Below the pieces are notes generated by a model that saw only the letters and a program-made list of their open reading frames with translations, was not told the origin of the DNA and did no database searches. From assembly GCA_964016885.1 (NCBI GenBank), contig OZ024742.1, forward strand, positions 221,216,001 to 221,280,000: a stretch of DNA of 64,000 nt, in the 5' to 3' direction. Position numbers and translations under genes: made by a program. Source of the stretch: Eledone cirrhosa. Taxonomy: Eukaryota. Positions 36,530-49,439 of this stretch are shown here, one piece after another; position 1 is the stretch's first letter, and the number at the start of each line of letters is the position of its first letter.

Positions 36530-39500
36530 AGTATTAGGTTCATCTTATTGTGGCACCAGTAATATCACTTTACAGAGAATTGGGTGCATCTTATTGTGGC
36601 ACCAGTAATATCACTTTACAGAGAATTGGGTGCATCTTATTGTGGCACCAGTAATATCACTTTACAGAGTATTGGGTGCATCTTATTGTGGCGCCAGTAA
36701 TATCACTTAACGAGACTATCGGGTGCATCTTATTGTGGCACCAGTAATATCACTTTACAAAGTATTGGGTGCATCTTATTGTAGCACCAGTAATATCACT
36801 TTACAAGACTATTGGGAGCATCTTATTGTGGCACCAGTAATATCACTTTACAAAATATTGGGTGCATCTTATTGTGGCACCAGTAATATCAGTTTACGGG
36901 ACTATTGGGAGCATCTTATTGTGGCACCAGTAATATCACTTTACGGGACTATTGGGTGAATCTTATTGCCGCACCCATAATATCACTTTACAGAGTATTG
37001 GGTGCATCTTATTGTGACGCCAGCAATATCACTTTACGAGACTATTGGGAGCATCTTATTGTAGCACCAGTAATATCACTTTATAGCATATTGGGAGCAT
37101 CTTATTGTGGCACCAGTAATATCACTTTACAGAGGATTGGGTGCATCTTATTGTGGCACCAGTAATATCACTTTACAGAGTATTGGGTGCATATTATTGT
37201 GGCACCAGTAATATCACTTTACAGAGTATTGGGTGCATCTTACTGTGGCACCAGTAATATCACTTTACGAGAGTATTAGGTGCATCTTATTGTGACAGCA
37301 GTAATATCACTTTACAGAGTATTGGGTGCATCTTATTGTGGCACCAGTAATATCACTTTACGGGACTATTGGGTGCATCTTATTGTGGCACCAGTAATAT
37401 CACTTTACAGAGTATTGGGTGCATCTTACTGTGGCACCAGTAATATCACTTTACGAGAGTATTGGGTGCATCTTATTGTGGCGCCAGTAATATCACTTTA
37501 TGGGACTATTGGGTGCGTCTTATTGTGGCACCCATAATATCACTTTACAGAGTATTGGGTGCATCTTATTGTGGCACCAGTAATATCACTTTACAGAGTA
37601 TTGGGTGCATCTTATTGTGGCACCAGCAATACCACTTTACAGAGTATTGGGAGCATCTTATTGTGACACCAGTAATATCACTTTACGGGACTATTGGGTG
37701 CATCTTATTGTGGCACCAGTAATATCACTTAACGAGACTATCGGGTGCATCCTATTGTGGCACCAGTAATATCACTTTACAAAGTATTGGGTGCATCCTA
37801 TTGTGGCACCAGTAATATCACTTTACAGAGTATTGGGTGCATCTTATTGTGGCACCAGTAATATCACTTTACGGGACTATTGGGTGCATCTTATTGTGGC
37901 ACCAGTAATATCACTTTACGAGAGTATTGGGTGCATCTTATTGTGACACCAACAATATCACTTTACAGAGTATTGGGTGCATCTTATTGTGGCACCAGTA
38001 ATATCACTTTACAGAGTATTGGGTGCATCTTATTGTGGCACCAGTAATATCACTTTACAAAGTATTGGGTGCATCTTACTGTGGCATCAGTAATATCACT
38101 TTACAGAGTATTGGGTGCATCTTATTGTGGCATCAGTAATATCACTTTACAGAGTATTGGGTGCATCTTATTGTGGCACCAGTAATATCACTTAATGAGT
38201 CTATCAGGTGCATCTTATTGTGGCACCAGTAATATCACTTTACAGAGTATTGGGAGCATCTTATTGTGGCACCAGTAATATCACTTTACAAAGTATTGGG
38301 TGCATCTTATTGTGGCACCAGTAATATCACTTAACGAGACTATCGGATGCATCTCATTGTGGGACCAGTAATATCACTTTACAAAGTATTGGGCGCATCT
38401 TATTGTGACGCCAGCAATAGCACTTTACGAGACTATTGGGAGCATCTTATTGTAGCACCAGTAATATCACTTTACAGCGTATTGGGAGCATTTTATTGTG
38501 GCACCAGTAATATCACTTTACAGAGTATTGGGTGCATCTTATTGTGGCACCAGTAACATCACTTTACAGATTATTGGGTGCATCTTATTGTGGCACCAGT
38601 AATATCACTTTACGGGACTATTGGGTGCATCTTATTGTGGCACCCATAATATCACTTTACAGAGTATTGGGTGCATCTTATTGTGGCACCAGTAATATCA
38701 CTTTACAGAGTATTGGGTGCATCTTATTGTGGCACCAGTAATATCACTCAACAGAGTATTGAGGGCATCTTTTTGTGGCACCAGTAATATCACTTTACAG
38801 CATATTGGGAGCATCTTATTGTGGCACCAGTAATATCACTTTACGAGACTATTGGGAGCATCTTATTGTGGCACCAGTAATATCACTTTACAGCGTATTG
38901 GGAGCATCTTATTGTGGCACCAGTAATATCACTTTACGAGAGTATTGGGTGCATCTTATTGTGGCACCCATAATATCACTTTACAGAGTATTGGGTGCAT
39001 CTTATTGTGGCACCAGTAATATCACTTTACAGAGTATTGGGTGCATCTTATTGTGACACCAGTAATATCACTTAACGAGACTATCGGGTGCATCCTATTG
39101 TGGCACCAGTAATATCACTTTACAAAGTATTGGGTGCATCCTATTGTGGCACCAGTAATATCACTTTACAGAGTATTGGGTGCATCTTATTGTGGCACCA
39201 GTAATATCACTTTACGGGACTATTGGGTGCATCTTATTGTGGCACCAGTAATATCACTTTACGAGAGTATTGGGTGCATCTTATTGTGACACCAACAATA
39301 TCATTTTACAGAGTATTGGGTGCATCTTATTGTGGCACCAGTAATATCACTTTACAGAGTATTGGGTGCATCTTATTGTGGCACCAGTAATATCACTTTA
39401 CAAAGTATTGGGTGCATCTTACTGTGGCATCAGTAATATCACTTTACAGAGTATTGGGTGCATCTGATTGTGGCATCAGTAATATCACTTTACAGAGTAT

Positions 39501-42500
39501 TGGGTGCATCTTATTGTGGCACCAGTAATATCACTTAACGAGACTATCGGGTGCATCTCATTGTGGGACCAGTAATATCACTTTACAAAGTATTGGGCGC
39601 ATCTTATTGTGACGCCAGCAATAGCACTTTACGAGACTATTGGGAGCATCTTATTGTAGCACCAGTAATATCACTTTACAGCGTATTGGGAGCATTTTAT
39701 TGTGGCACCAGTAATATCACTTTACAGAGTATTGGGTGCATCTTATTGTGGCACCAGTAACATCACTTTACAGAGTATTGGGAGCATCTTATTGTGGCAC
39801 CAGTAATATCACTTTACAAAGTATTGGGTGCATCTTATTGTGGCACCAGTAATATCACTTAACGAGACTATCGGGTGCATCTCATTGTGGGACCAGTAAT
39901 ATCACTTCACAAAGTATTGGGCGCATCTTATTGTGACGCCAGCAATAGCACTTTACGAGACTATTGGGAGCATCTTATTGTAGCACCAGTAATATCACTT
40001 TACAGCGTATTGGGAGCATTTTATTGTGGCACCAGTAATATCACTTTACAGAGTATTGGGTGCATCTTATTGTGGCACCAGTAACATCACTTTACAGAGT
40101 ATTGGGTGCATCTTATTGTGGCACCAGTAATATCACTTTACGGGACTATTGGGTGCATCTTATTGTGGCACCCATAATATCACTTTACAGAGTATTGGGT
40201 GCATCTTATTGTGTCACCAGTAATATCACTTTACAGAGTATTGGGTGCATCTTATTGTGGCACCAGTAATATCACTCAACAGAGTATTGAGTGCATCTTT
40301 TTGTGGCACCAGTAATATCACTTTACAGCATATTGGGAGCATCTTATTGTGGCACCAGTAATATCACTTTACGTGACTATTGGGAGCATCTTATTGTGGC
40401 ACCAGTAATATCACTTTACAGCGTATTGGGAGCATCTTATTGTGGCACCAGTAATATCACTTTACGAGAGTATTGGGTGCATCTTATTGTGGCACCCATA
40501 ATATCACTTTACAGAGTATTGGGTGCATCTTATTGTGGCATCAGTAATATCACTTTACAGAGTATTGGGTGCATCTTATTGTGGCACCAGTAATATCACT
40601 TTACAGAGTATTGGGTGCATCTTATTGTGGCACCAGTAATATCACTTAACGAGACTATCGGGTGCATCCTATTGTGGCACCAGTAATATCACTTTACAAA
40701 GTATTGGGTGCATCCTATTGTGGCACCAGTAATATCACTTTACAGAGTATTGGGTGCATCTTATTGTGGCACCAGTAATATCACTTTACGGGACTATTGG
40801 GTGCATCTTATTGTGGCACCAGTAATATCACTTTACGAGAGTATTGGGTGCATCTTATTGTGACACCAACAATATCATTTTACAGAGTATTGGGTGCATC
40901 TTATTGTGGCACCAGTAATATCACTTTACAGAGTATTGGGTGCATCTTATTGTGGCACCAGTAATATCACTTTACAAAGTATTGGGTGCATCTTACTGTG
41001 GCATCAGTAATATCACTTTACAGAGTATTGGGTGCATCTGATTGTGGCATCAGTAATATCACTTTACAGAGTATTGGGTGCATCTTATTGTGGCATCAGT
41101 AATATCACTTTACAGAGTATTGGGTGCATCTTATTGTGGCACCAGTAATATCACTTTACAGAGTATTGGGTGCATCTTATTGTGGCACCAGTAATATCAC
41201 TTAACGAGACTATCGGGTGCATCCTATTGTGGCACCAGTAATATCACTTTACAAAGTATTGGGTGCATCCTATTGTGGCACCAGTAATATCACTTTACAG
41301 AGTATTGGGTGCATCTTATTGTGGCACCAGTAATATCACTTTACGGGACTATTGGGTGCATCTTATTGTGGCACCAGTAATATCACTTTACGAGAGTATT
41401 GGGTGCATCTTATTGTGACACCAACAATATCATTTTACAGAGTATTGGGTGCATCTTATTGTGGCACCAGTAATATCACTTTACAGAGTATTGGGTGCAT
41501 CTTATTGTGGCACCAGTAATATCACTTTACAAAGTATTGGGTGCATCTTACTGTGGCATCAGTAATATCACTTTACAGAGTATTGGGTGCATCTGATTGT
41601 GGCATCAGTAATATCACTTTACAGAGTATTGGGTGCATCTTATTGTGGCACCAGTAATATCACTTAACGAGACTATCGGGTGCATCTCATTGTGGCACCC
41701 ATAATATCACTTTACAGAGTATTGGGTGCATCTTATTGTGGCATCAGTAATATCACTTTACAGAGTATTGGGTGCATCTTATTGTGGCACCAGTAATATC
41801 ACTTTACAGAGTATTGGGCGCATCTTATTGTGACGCCAGCAATAGCACTTTACGAGACTATTGGGAGCATCTTATTGTAGCACCAGTAATATCACTTTAC
41901 AGCGTATTGGGAGCATTTTATTGTGGCACCAGTAATATCACTTTACAGAGTATTGGGTGCATCTTATTGTGGCACCAGTAACATCACTTTACAGAGTATT
42001 GGGAGCATCTTATTGTGGCACCAGTAATATCACTTTACAAAGTATTGGGTGCATCTTATTGTGGCACCAGTAATATCACTTAACGAGACTATCGGGTGCA
42101 TCTCATTGTGGGACCAGTAATATCACTTTACAAAGTATTGGGCGCATCTTATTGTGACGCCAGCAATAGCACTTTACGAGACTATTGGGAGCATCTTATC
42201 GTAGCACCAGTAATATCACTTTACAGCGTATTGGGAGCATTTTATTGTGGCACCAGTAATATCACTTTACAGAGTATTGGGTGCATCTTATTGTGGCACC
42301 AGTAACATCACTTTACAGAGTATTGGGTGCATCTTATTGTGGCACCAGTAATATCACTTTACGGGACTATTGGGTGCATCTTATTGTGGCACCCATAACA
42401 TCACTTTACAGAGTATTGGGTGCATCTTATTGTGTCACCAGTAATATCACTTTACAGAGTATTGGGAGCATCTTATTGTGGCATCAGTAATATCACTTTA

Positions 42501-43282
42501 CAGAGTATTGGGTGCATCTTATTGTGCAACCCATATCACTTTACAGAGTATTGGGTGCATCTTATTGTGGCACCAGTAATATCACTCAACAGAGTATTGA
42601 GTGCATCTTTTTGTGGCACCAGTAATATCACTTTACAGCATATTGGGAGCATCTTATTGTGGCACCAGTAATATCACTTTACGAGACTATTGGGAGCATC
42701 TTATTGTGGCACCAGTAATATCACTTTACAGCGTATTTGGAGCATCTTATTGTGGCACCAGTAATATCACTTTACGAGAGTATTGGGTGCATCTTATTGT
42801 GGCACCCATAATATCACTTTACAGAGTATTGGGTGCATCTTATTGTGGCATCAGTAATATCACTTTACAGAGTATTGGGTGCATCTTATTGTGGCACCAG
42901 TAATATCACTTTACAGAGTATTGGGTGCATCTTATTGTGGCACCAGTAATATCACTTTACAGAGTATTGGGTGCATCTTATTGTGGCACCAGCAATATCA
43001 CTTTTCAGAGTATTGGGTGCATCTTATTGTGGTACCAGTAATATCACTTTACAGAGTATTGGGTGCATCTTATTGTGGCACCAGTAAGTTCACTTAACGA
43101 GACTATCGGGTGCATCTTATTGTGGCACCAGTAATATCACTTTACAAAGTATTGGGTGCATCTTATTGTGGCACCAGTAATATCACTTTAGAAAGTATTG
43201 GGAACATCTTATTGTGGCACCAGTAATATCACTTTACAAGACGATTGGGAGCATCTTATTGTGGCACCAGTAATATCACTTC
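36530..43282. repeat. Satellite array 7 (~146 monomers) with a degenerate right end
   Basis: Same monomer with multi-monomer higher-order repeats. Fades through a diverged unit at 43283-43325. Confidence 0.98.
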
Positions 43283-43422
43283 AGTGTACAGGATGAATTT
43301 TATGGCTCCAGCACTGCCACTTTATATTGATGACAGATACTTCCTTATGCAACTCTTGCTCTCTTTACATATCATGTGACCATGCTAGCTCAATTCAGTG
43401 CCTTTATCACTTCATTCATGTA

Positions 43423-43610
43423 TCATCATCATCATCTTTTAACGTCCATCTTCCACGCTAGCATTGGTTTAGACGAGAATTGTCCCAAGTGAGGTAAGAT
43501 TGGTTGTCTTGCTCGTATAGCACTGTCCGGCAGGTCTTTTACGGCTGGATGCCCTTCCTAACACCAACCACGTTTACAGTGCGGACTGGGAGGCTTTTAT
43601 CGTGTTACCT
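43423..43610 (-). mobile_element. RTE-type 3' tail fragment
   Basis: (CAT)n, TTTAACGTCCATCTTCCACGCTAGCAT, GGATGCCCTTCCTAACACCAACCA. Confidence 0.75.
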
Positions 43611-44058
43611 ACGTATGCTAATATATAAATTCTATAAAAATCTATCTTACTATCTATTTCTTTTCCCCTCTTCTGACTTTACTAACAAATCCTCTTCCTG
43701 TTCTTCATGTACACCCTGCTGCTAAGAAAGAGAGAAGTGTTTACATTAAAGCAATATTGGTCTGAAATTTCTTAATACATTTAGGATTCCATCTAAGAAA
43801 ACTTGTCAGAGCTTGTTGTAGACATTTGCCTACATACTAAGCATTATGTGTGTGATGTACTTGTTTTGACAACAGGAGCAGACAAGTAATAATGATGATT
43901 ATAAATAAGAAGCAGAACACAAAAAGTATATTTTAACTGTTTTATTTTGTTCATATGGTCAAAAGGTTACTACAATGGAATGTATTTATCAAATAATAAC
44001 TATTGAGGAAGATCAGTTTCATATTTCTTTAGTTTGATATCAGAAAATTTCTGTTTTG

Positions 44059-44092
<34 letters not shown>

Positions 44093-44599
44093 GGATGGTA
44101 GATTAAATTTGCTGCCCAGTTTAAACCCCCCCCCCCCCATCTAGCCCTTGGGAATTCTTTAGCAGAGTCTGCTCTATTGCTAGATCTGTGATTTGAGTAT
44201 ACCTTCTTTCCTCTCTCACCAATCTTGAAGGCCCAGACAACAGCCACATGCACAACCCTTCTCTCACGCTTAAACCCCCCCCCCCCCCCCAGGAGAGAGA
44301 AAGTATATTCCTCTATCTTTGGTTGTAATGTTATCTTAATCATTGTTGTCACCATTCATCAGTCCAATATTAACCATCTCTTCCAGCAGCTGCCTATTGC
44401 TGAAGATCCTTCATATACTGGTTGCAATGGTTCTTATTTGGATCAATATAACTAATTGTATTCATTTTTCATTCATACTAGCATGAATTGTATTATTTTT
44501 CAAATTCAAGACATCAATAAAAATTGTTTGAAAATTGGTTGACTGACAGAATTGTAACCATTTATAAGTGTTTAAATATACTTAATTTTGTAAATTTAT

Positions 44600-44842
44600 T
44601 TAACCCTTTTGATACCAAACCACACGAAACCGGCTTTAGGTTTATGGTACAAAACTGTCTGAGTGAAAGTTTATATATCTAAAAACCCTCCATCATAATT
44701 TTATGTAAGAACCTCTGTTTTAAACACCACCTTAATAATGAGAAAGTTATATTAATAAATCCCTTAAAATTCTTCATTTTCAAATGATTTGAAAATCAGA
44801 AGCAGTGTCTTTTATTAAGAATATGGTAAAGAAAGCAGTTAT
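44600..44842. mobile_element. Non-autonomous DNA element with a TTAA-CCC end (piggyBac-like MITE); relatives at ~57290-57450, ~57800-57938, ~63300-63770
   Basis: TTAACCCTTTTGATACC at 44600. The related body sequence recurs, ending in AAAGGGTTAA (63538-63547) and TATCAAAAGGGTTGA (~57925-57939). Confidence 0.5.
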
Positions 44843-46121
44843 ATATTTGTTTCTGTAATGCTTGATGAATGGTGAAATTGGTGCAAAACAAACATTCTTA
44901 GAGAAGTGAAACTAATAGGATTAAACCATAACTTTACAATAAATTAAAAATAATTCAATGTTTTGATATATATTTTATCAACTGTAACAAATTAACCTTT
45001 TCATTATTATATTTCTAATGAAAGATACTGCCTATAATTTTCAAATAATTTTGTTTGGTTCGTACATAAAATTTTTCAAAATATAGAGTTTTGTATTGTA
45101 GAATCAGGAGTAGTTTGGTGTCTAAAAAGTTAAGTTTTTATAGAATATTTTAAAACTGCATTAGAAACAATTTGTTTTGTTTAACTGAAAACTGTAAAAG
45201 TTACTGAAGAAAACACAAAATCTATCTACTAAATTTTTTTGAAAGTTAAAAAATACAGAAATTTTTTTTTTTCAAATTAGTTGAAAGATAAATAAAAACA
45301 ATTAAAATAGTAAAATACTTAACAATTGAAAAAGAAATATACAGGTACACCACCAATTTTCCAAAACACTCTTGGATCTAGACTCATGTTAGGTAATCCA
45401 TTTTGTCAAGACTAAATTCACTAAAAACATATGAAGTCAGAAACACTCTTACTATTCACCTATAATAATATGAAAGCATAAATGTTATCCGGTGTTTGTT
45501 CAGTTTAGAATAAATATACCATATCATTGTGTGTTACATGAGGTGACTAAATGGGTTGGTGCCAGGAAGGGCATCTGGCTGTAAAACATTACCTCAAAAA
45601 GGGCCATATAATGAGTATAGGGCCTGCTTTAACAGGTCAAATGGCCTTACAACCCTTGTAAATGTTTAACGCCAAGTGCTAACCTTCTAATGTGAATCAA
45701 CTAGAGTTGTTCATGGGAAATTCAAGTGTCTGCTCATAATTATGTTAGAATTAAAAGAGGTGCCTAACCATAAGTTGCCAGAAAAATTGGTGTTATACCT
45801 ATATCAGAGACAAAAATCCCAAATTTTTAGTTCTGTGGTAAATCATTTTCTCAAATTTTAACCATTTAGCCCCCAAATGAAATACAGAAAAATTTACAAA
45901 ACAGCTAACATTACACACACAGACACACATTTAGTATCACAAGTTAAATAGAGGCAACCAAAATGTGGCCTTTTATTTAATAGGTGGCAGTTCTTAGTAT
46001 AATGTAGAACAACACTTTATATTATTATACACAGTTATACAAATGTATGACAACCACCCATACAATGAAACACACACACAACCTTTTTTATATAGTTAAA
46101 CAATTATTCAATGAAAATATT

Positions 46122-46402
46122 TTATAATTCCTCGTGGAGGAGATGAAGATGTTTGCCATAATCAGTAGCTTGACTTCCCACAAAAACATCATGATTTTCT
46201 AAAATTTCTTCTTTACTCAGAAAGTTATCCTTATTTGTGTCAACTTCATTCATTATATGTTCAGCTTCTTCCAAGGCATTTTCCATTGTACTGGGAGTGA
46301 TCCAAGCTTTCATTTCAATTGTGTCCAAAGTACCATCTTTATTTGTATCAAATTCATCAAACTTAACTTTCTCAGCAAGCTTTTCAGCTTCATCTGAATG
46401 AG
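46122..46402 (-). CDS. RCN2: Reticulocalbin-2-like (CREC family) last coding exon
   Basis: Acceptor ttttccag, phase 1. HSDEAEKLAEKVKFDEFDTNKDGTLDTIEMKAWITP..EEAEHIMNEVDTNKDNFLSKEEILENHDVFVGSQATDYGKHLHLLHEEL*. Two EF-hands, the CREC ATDYG motif and the ER-retrieval signal HEEL. Confidence 0.93.
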
Positions 46403-46759
46403 CTGGAAAAAAAATCCAAACAAGTAATAATAATTATCAATAAAATTAGTGCATAATCCAATGTTTTACTGACAGTAAGTAATATTCTGTTTCTACATCA
46501 AACTTTAACAAAGCTATGTTTGGATTTATACATACACACTTATTTTTTTTTTAAAATTCATCGAAGTTCTAATTGTACAGAGGCAACACAAGCGAAATTA
46601 TTTGAGGTAGTTCCTATACACACAATGATGTGAGAAAGGAATTCCTTGAACCAGTGTGGAAACTTTAGAGAGAAACACCATGCATAATTAGACCACATGT
46701 ATACCACCTACAATTGACAACAACATTACTTCAATTGGTGAGATATGTCCCCTCTCTGC

Positions 46760-47450
46760 TCTCTCTCCACAATTCCCCTTCAACTTGACCTATATGCTGT
46801 TCTGGTGGTTCATGTTCCACTTATTAAGCATTTCCTTCAGCACCTCTGAGTTAAATGCAGTGCTATTGTTCATCAGCAGTTCATCCACCCATTCTAGGAC
46901 TATTTTGTTCAGCATTCATACAATTTCATTTGTAGTCCCCATCTTTATTTCTGCTTCCTCTTTCGTTTGTACCCTCCTCTTATCGGTGATCACTGATCTC
47001 ATCAGTTCAAGGCAAATGGTCACATACCAGCTTTCTCTTAGTGGATTCTCTCACTTCATAGCCACCATCACTCTATTCCCCCAGCTGCTTGTCTCTTGAT
47101 GTGGCTTCATGATGTTCAGAGTTTCTCAGCCACATGAAGCTGCAGATATGCTGACTTCAAGTCGATGATTGTGGAAGCTCCCGTCATCTGCCTCCACTCT
47201 TATAAGGTTTACATGTAGACATCTAAAGCCTCACCGCATGTGTGGCAGGATATGTAGTTGTTCAACTTTTGAAAGTCTAGTACTGGCCAGACCTTGTTTT
47301 TCATTGGATTATTGCCATTAGTGGCAACCCTCTGCTTTTCATCTTCTTCCAGGGGATTAAAATACCCTCCTGGAAGTTCTTGTCTTTGATGGTGTGTGCA
47401 ACACATTTTTCTGCACAGCATTCCACCTAGCATTTAGCGTCAACACACAG
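46760..47450 (-). mobile_element. Gypsy LTR retrotransposon relic (RT and integrase fragments) in an intron
   Basis: KNKVWPVLDFQKLNNYI..STIIDLKSAYLQLHVAEKL (RT) at ~47120-47310. DELLMNNSTAFNSEVLKEMLNKWN..GIVER (integrase core) at ~46765-46920. Contains stops and frameshifts. Confidence 0.75.
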
Positions 47451-48119
47451 GCTTAAGTGATTAGTTCGCCCATGGACATTGTCTTGTTGCAGCCTCAGTG
47501 ATATCTCATCAAGGATGGTGTTCATAAAAGCCAACTTTTCTACCTTTTCCAGGTCTTTTATAAATCCACACAGTATAGCCAATCTCTGAATTTCAACCAT
47601 TCTGAGGTACAATGCTACAACGTTGTACAACCAGGTACAGATAGAGAGCCATGAGGTCTGCTACATCTTCAATGCCTTGTAGTCTGGTCACCAACTTGAT
47701 TTTTTTTAATCCATGTGATAACTTATCTTTGTCGACATATCATTTTCACAGGCCAGAAATAAGATAAGGAAGAAAAAAAAAAAAAAAAAGCTTGGTCCTC
47801 TCTTCTCATCAACCTTGTCCAGATGGGATATATCCTAACTTCTGGCCAGAAAACTTAGGACATAATAAACCCAGGTTCAAACTCCAGTTGACAGGACAGC
47901 CCCAAAGGAAAAAAATCTCACATCACTCGTCCTTCCACTTATATGATGTCATCTGGCCCCCTCCTTCTGGCAAGGGCTCCAATGCCACTCGGCCCTATAC
48001 TTCTGGCAAGGCATCCCAAACCCACAGTTATATATAAAAACAATCTCTATTATATTTCAACAACAAAACATACCAAACAGCAAAAATATTGTAGAAATAC
48101 ATAAACTTGGCTAACTTAC

Positions 48120-48324
48120 CTATCTCATCCTCCATGCCATATTCTGCTAAATTTATTTTGCCATCACCGTCCTTGTCATGTTCACGGATGGCTCGTTTTA
48201 TTTCGTGCCCTTGCATGAATTCATAGTCATTTGGATGAAGCATAGCCGGGAACTCCTTTGCATCCAAACTTCCATCCTGGTTACGATCAGCTAATTTGAA
48301 TTTTTCTTCATCATCTTCAATTAC
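48120..48324 (-). CDS. RCN2: Reticulocalbin-2-like internal exon
   Basis: aatag acceptor and GTAAGT donor, 205 bp (phase 0 to 1). VIEDDEEKFKLADRNQDGSLDAKEFPAMLHPNDYEFMQGHEIKRAIREHDKDGDGKINLAEYGMEDEI, two EF-hands. Joins in frame (G+CT = Ala). Confidence 0.93.
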
Positions 48325-48589
48325 CTATTTTAGAAAAAAAATTTTTTTAACATCAGTGTAGGGAGACTGCTGGAAAAAAACCTATTCAACCCATGCAGGT
48401 ATGGAAAAAGGGATGTAAATGGATGATGATATATTTGTGAAAATTTATATCTTCCTTCTACATAATTTTTTGACGAAGACTGAGAATAATCAGTGAAATA
48501 TGTTGAGAGAGAAAAGATGAAGTATATATATAGAGAAAGACTGGATGACAAGGTATGATGATGGATCTTGTGGGTATGGTGTGGCGTGC

Positions 48590-48660
48590 AGTGGCCGGAA
48601 GCGGAGGAGTGCTCCACCGGAAGGATGCTCGACCGGAAGGGCCAGCAGAGGGCCTCTCTC
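48590..48660 (+). promoter_or_regulatory. GC-rich motif cluster: 3x CCGGAAG (ETS-like) and a CTCF-like site
   Basis: CCGGAAG at 48595, 48617 and 48633. GGCCAGCAGAGGGC at 48640-48653. Motif match only. Confidence 0.3.
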
Positions 48661-49439
48661 TAGTGGTGACCAGCAACGGTGTAGACGCGAGTTTTGGCAG
48701 CTCCTGGTGTTAAGCAGTTGGACGCACGTGGAAGAGGAGTAACCTGCAGTGGAGTTAGCGGCGCCTATGAAAAGCGGTAAGTGAGATAGCTTTTTCTAAC
48801 CACAGATCTTCCATCAGTTTTAATGATGAACACACAATCGTTTGATCAACTGAACGTCCAATTTGTGAAATGAATGTGTAACTGTTTGAGTATTCCATAG
48901 ATACATGTATTCTGGGAGATTCAACACGACATTGTGTGACAAGGCTATTTGCCTGTTGGACTTCAATAGAGTTTGTTTACCCAATTTCACTGACAAAGTT
49001 AGGTTTGACTTGAGACTGTGGTAATTGAGACCCAGTTTCACTGACAAAGCTAGGGTTGACTTGAGACTATGGAAATTGAGATTTAAAGTGGGATCGAACC
49101 TGTATATTTCTACAGCTGCCACCAACTATTTTCAGAGTGTACCAGCTGTATTTTATCATGGTATCAACATTAAGGAAATTATGTCTGTGGCAGAACTAAT
49201 AGGACCTTTCTACTCAACATTGTCTCCACTCATTCATCAACCATTTTATAGACGAGGGTCTGGAAGCTAAAGGACCTTTCATTTAAATATAGGTTTAGGA
49301 AAGCCCTATGGGATGTGTATGATGAGAGAGAAGACAAATTAGAATTATATTATATAGAAGTCAACTGGAAGTTCTTATGCAACAACCTACTGCACGCAAC
49401 TGAAGAGACTTGTGGCTGGAGCAAAGCTCCAACCATACA

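Noticed and set aside
790-43097. Dozens of ORFs such as MHLIVAPVISLYRVLGASYCGTSNITL
   Set aside because: These are translations of the satellite. The 44/46/47-bp periods shift frame, the starts are GTG/TTG, and there is no codon-level constraint.
764-43282. CRISPR array (palindromic ~46-bp repeats)
   Set aside because: Monomers are contiguous with no unique spacers, no cas genes are present, and the context is eukaryotic.
46122-46328. Stand-alone 68-aa gene as in the ORF track (likewise 48028-48267)
   Set aside because: These are parts of spliced exons. The listed starts are internal TTG codons, and the second ORF runs on into the intron.
48986-49081. 51-bp tandem duplication as a functional element
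   Set aside because: Only two diverged copies in an intron, with no other supporting signal.
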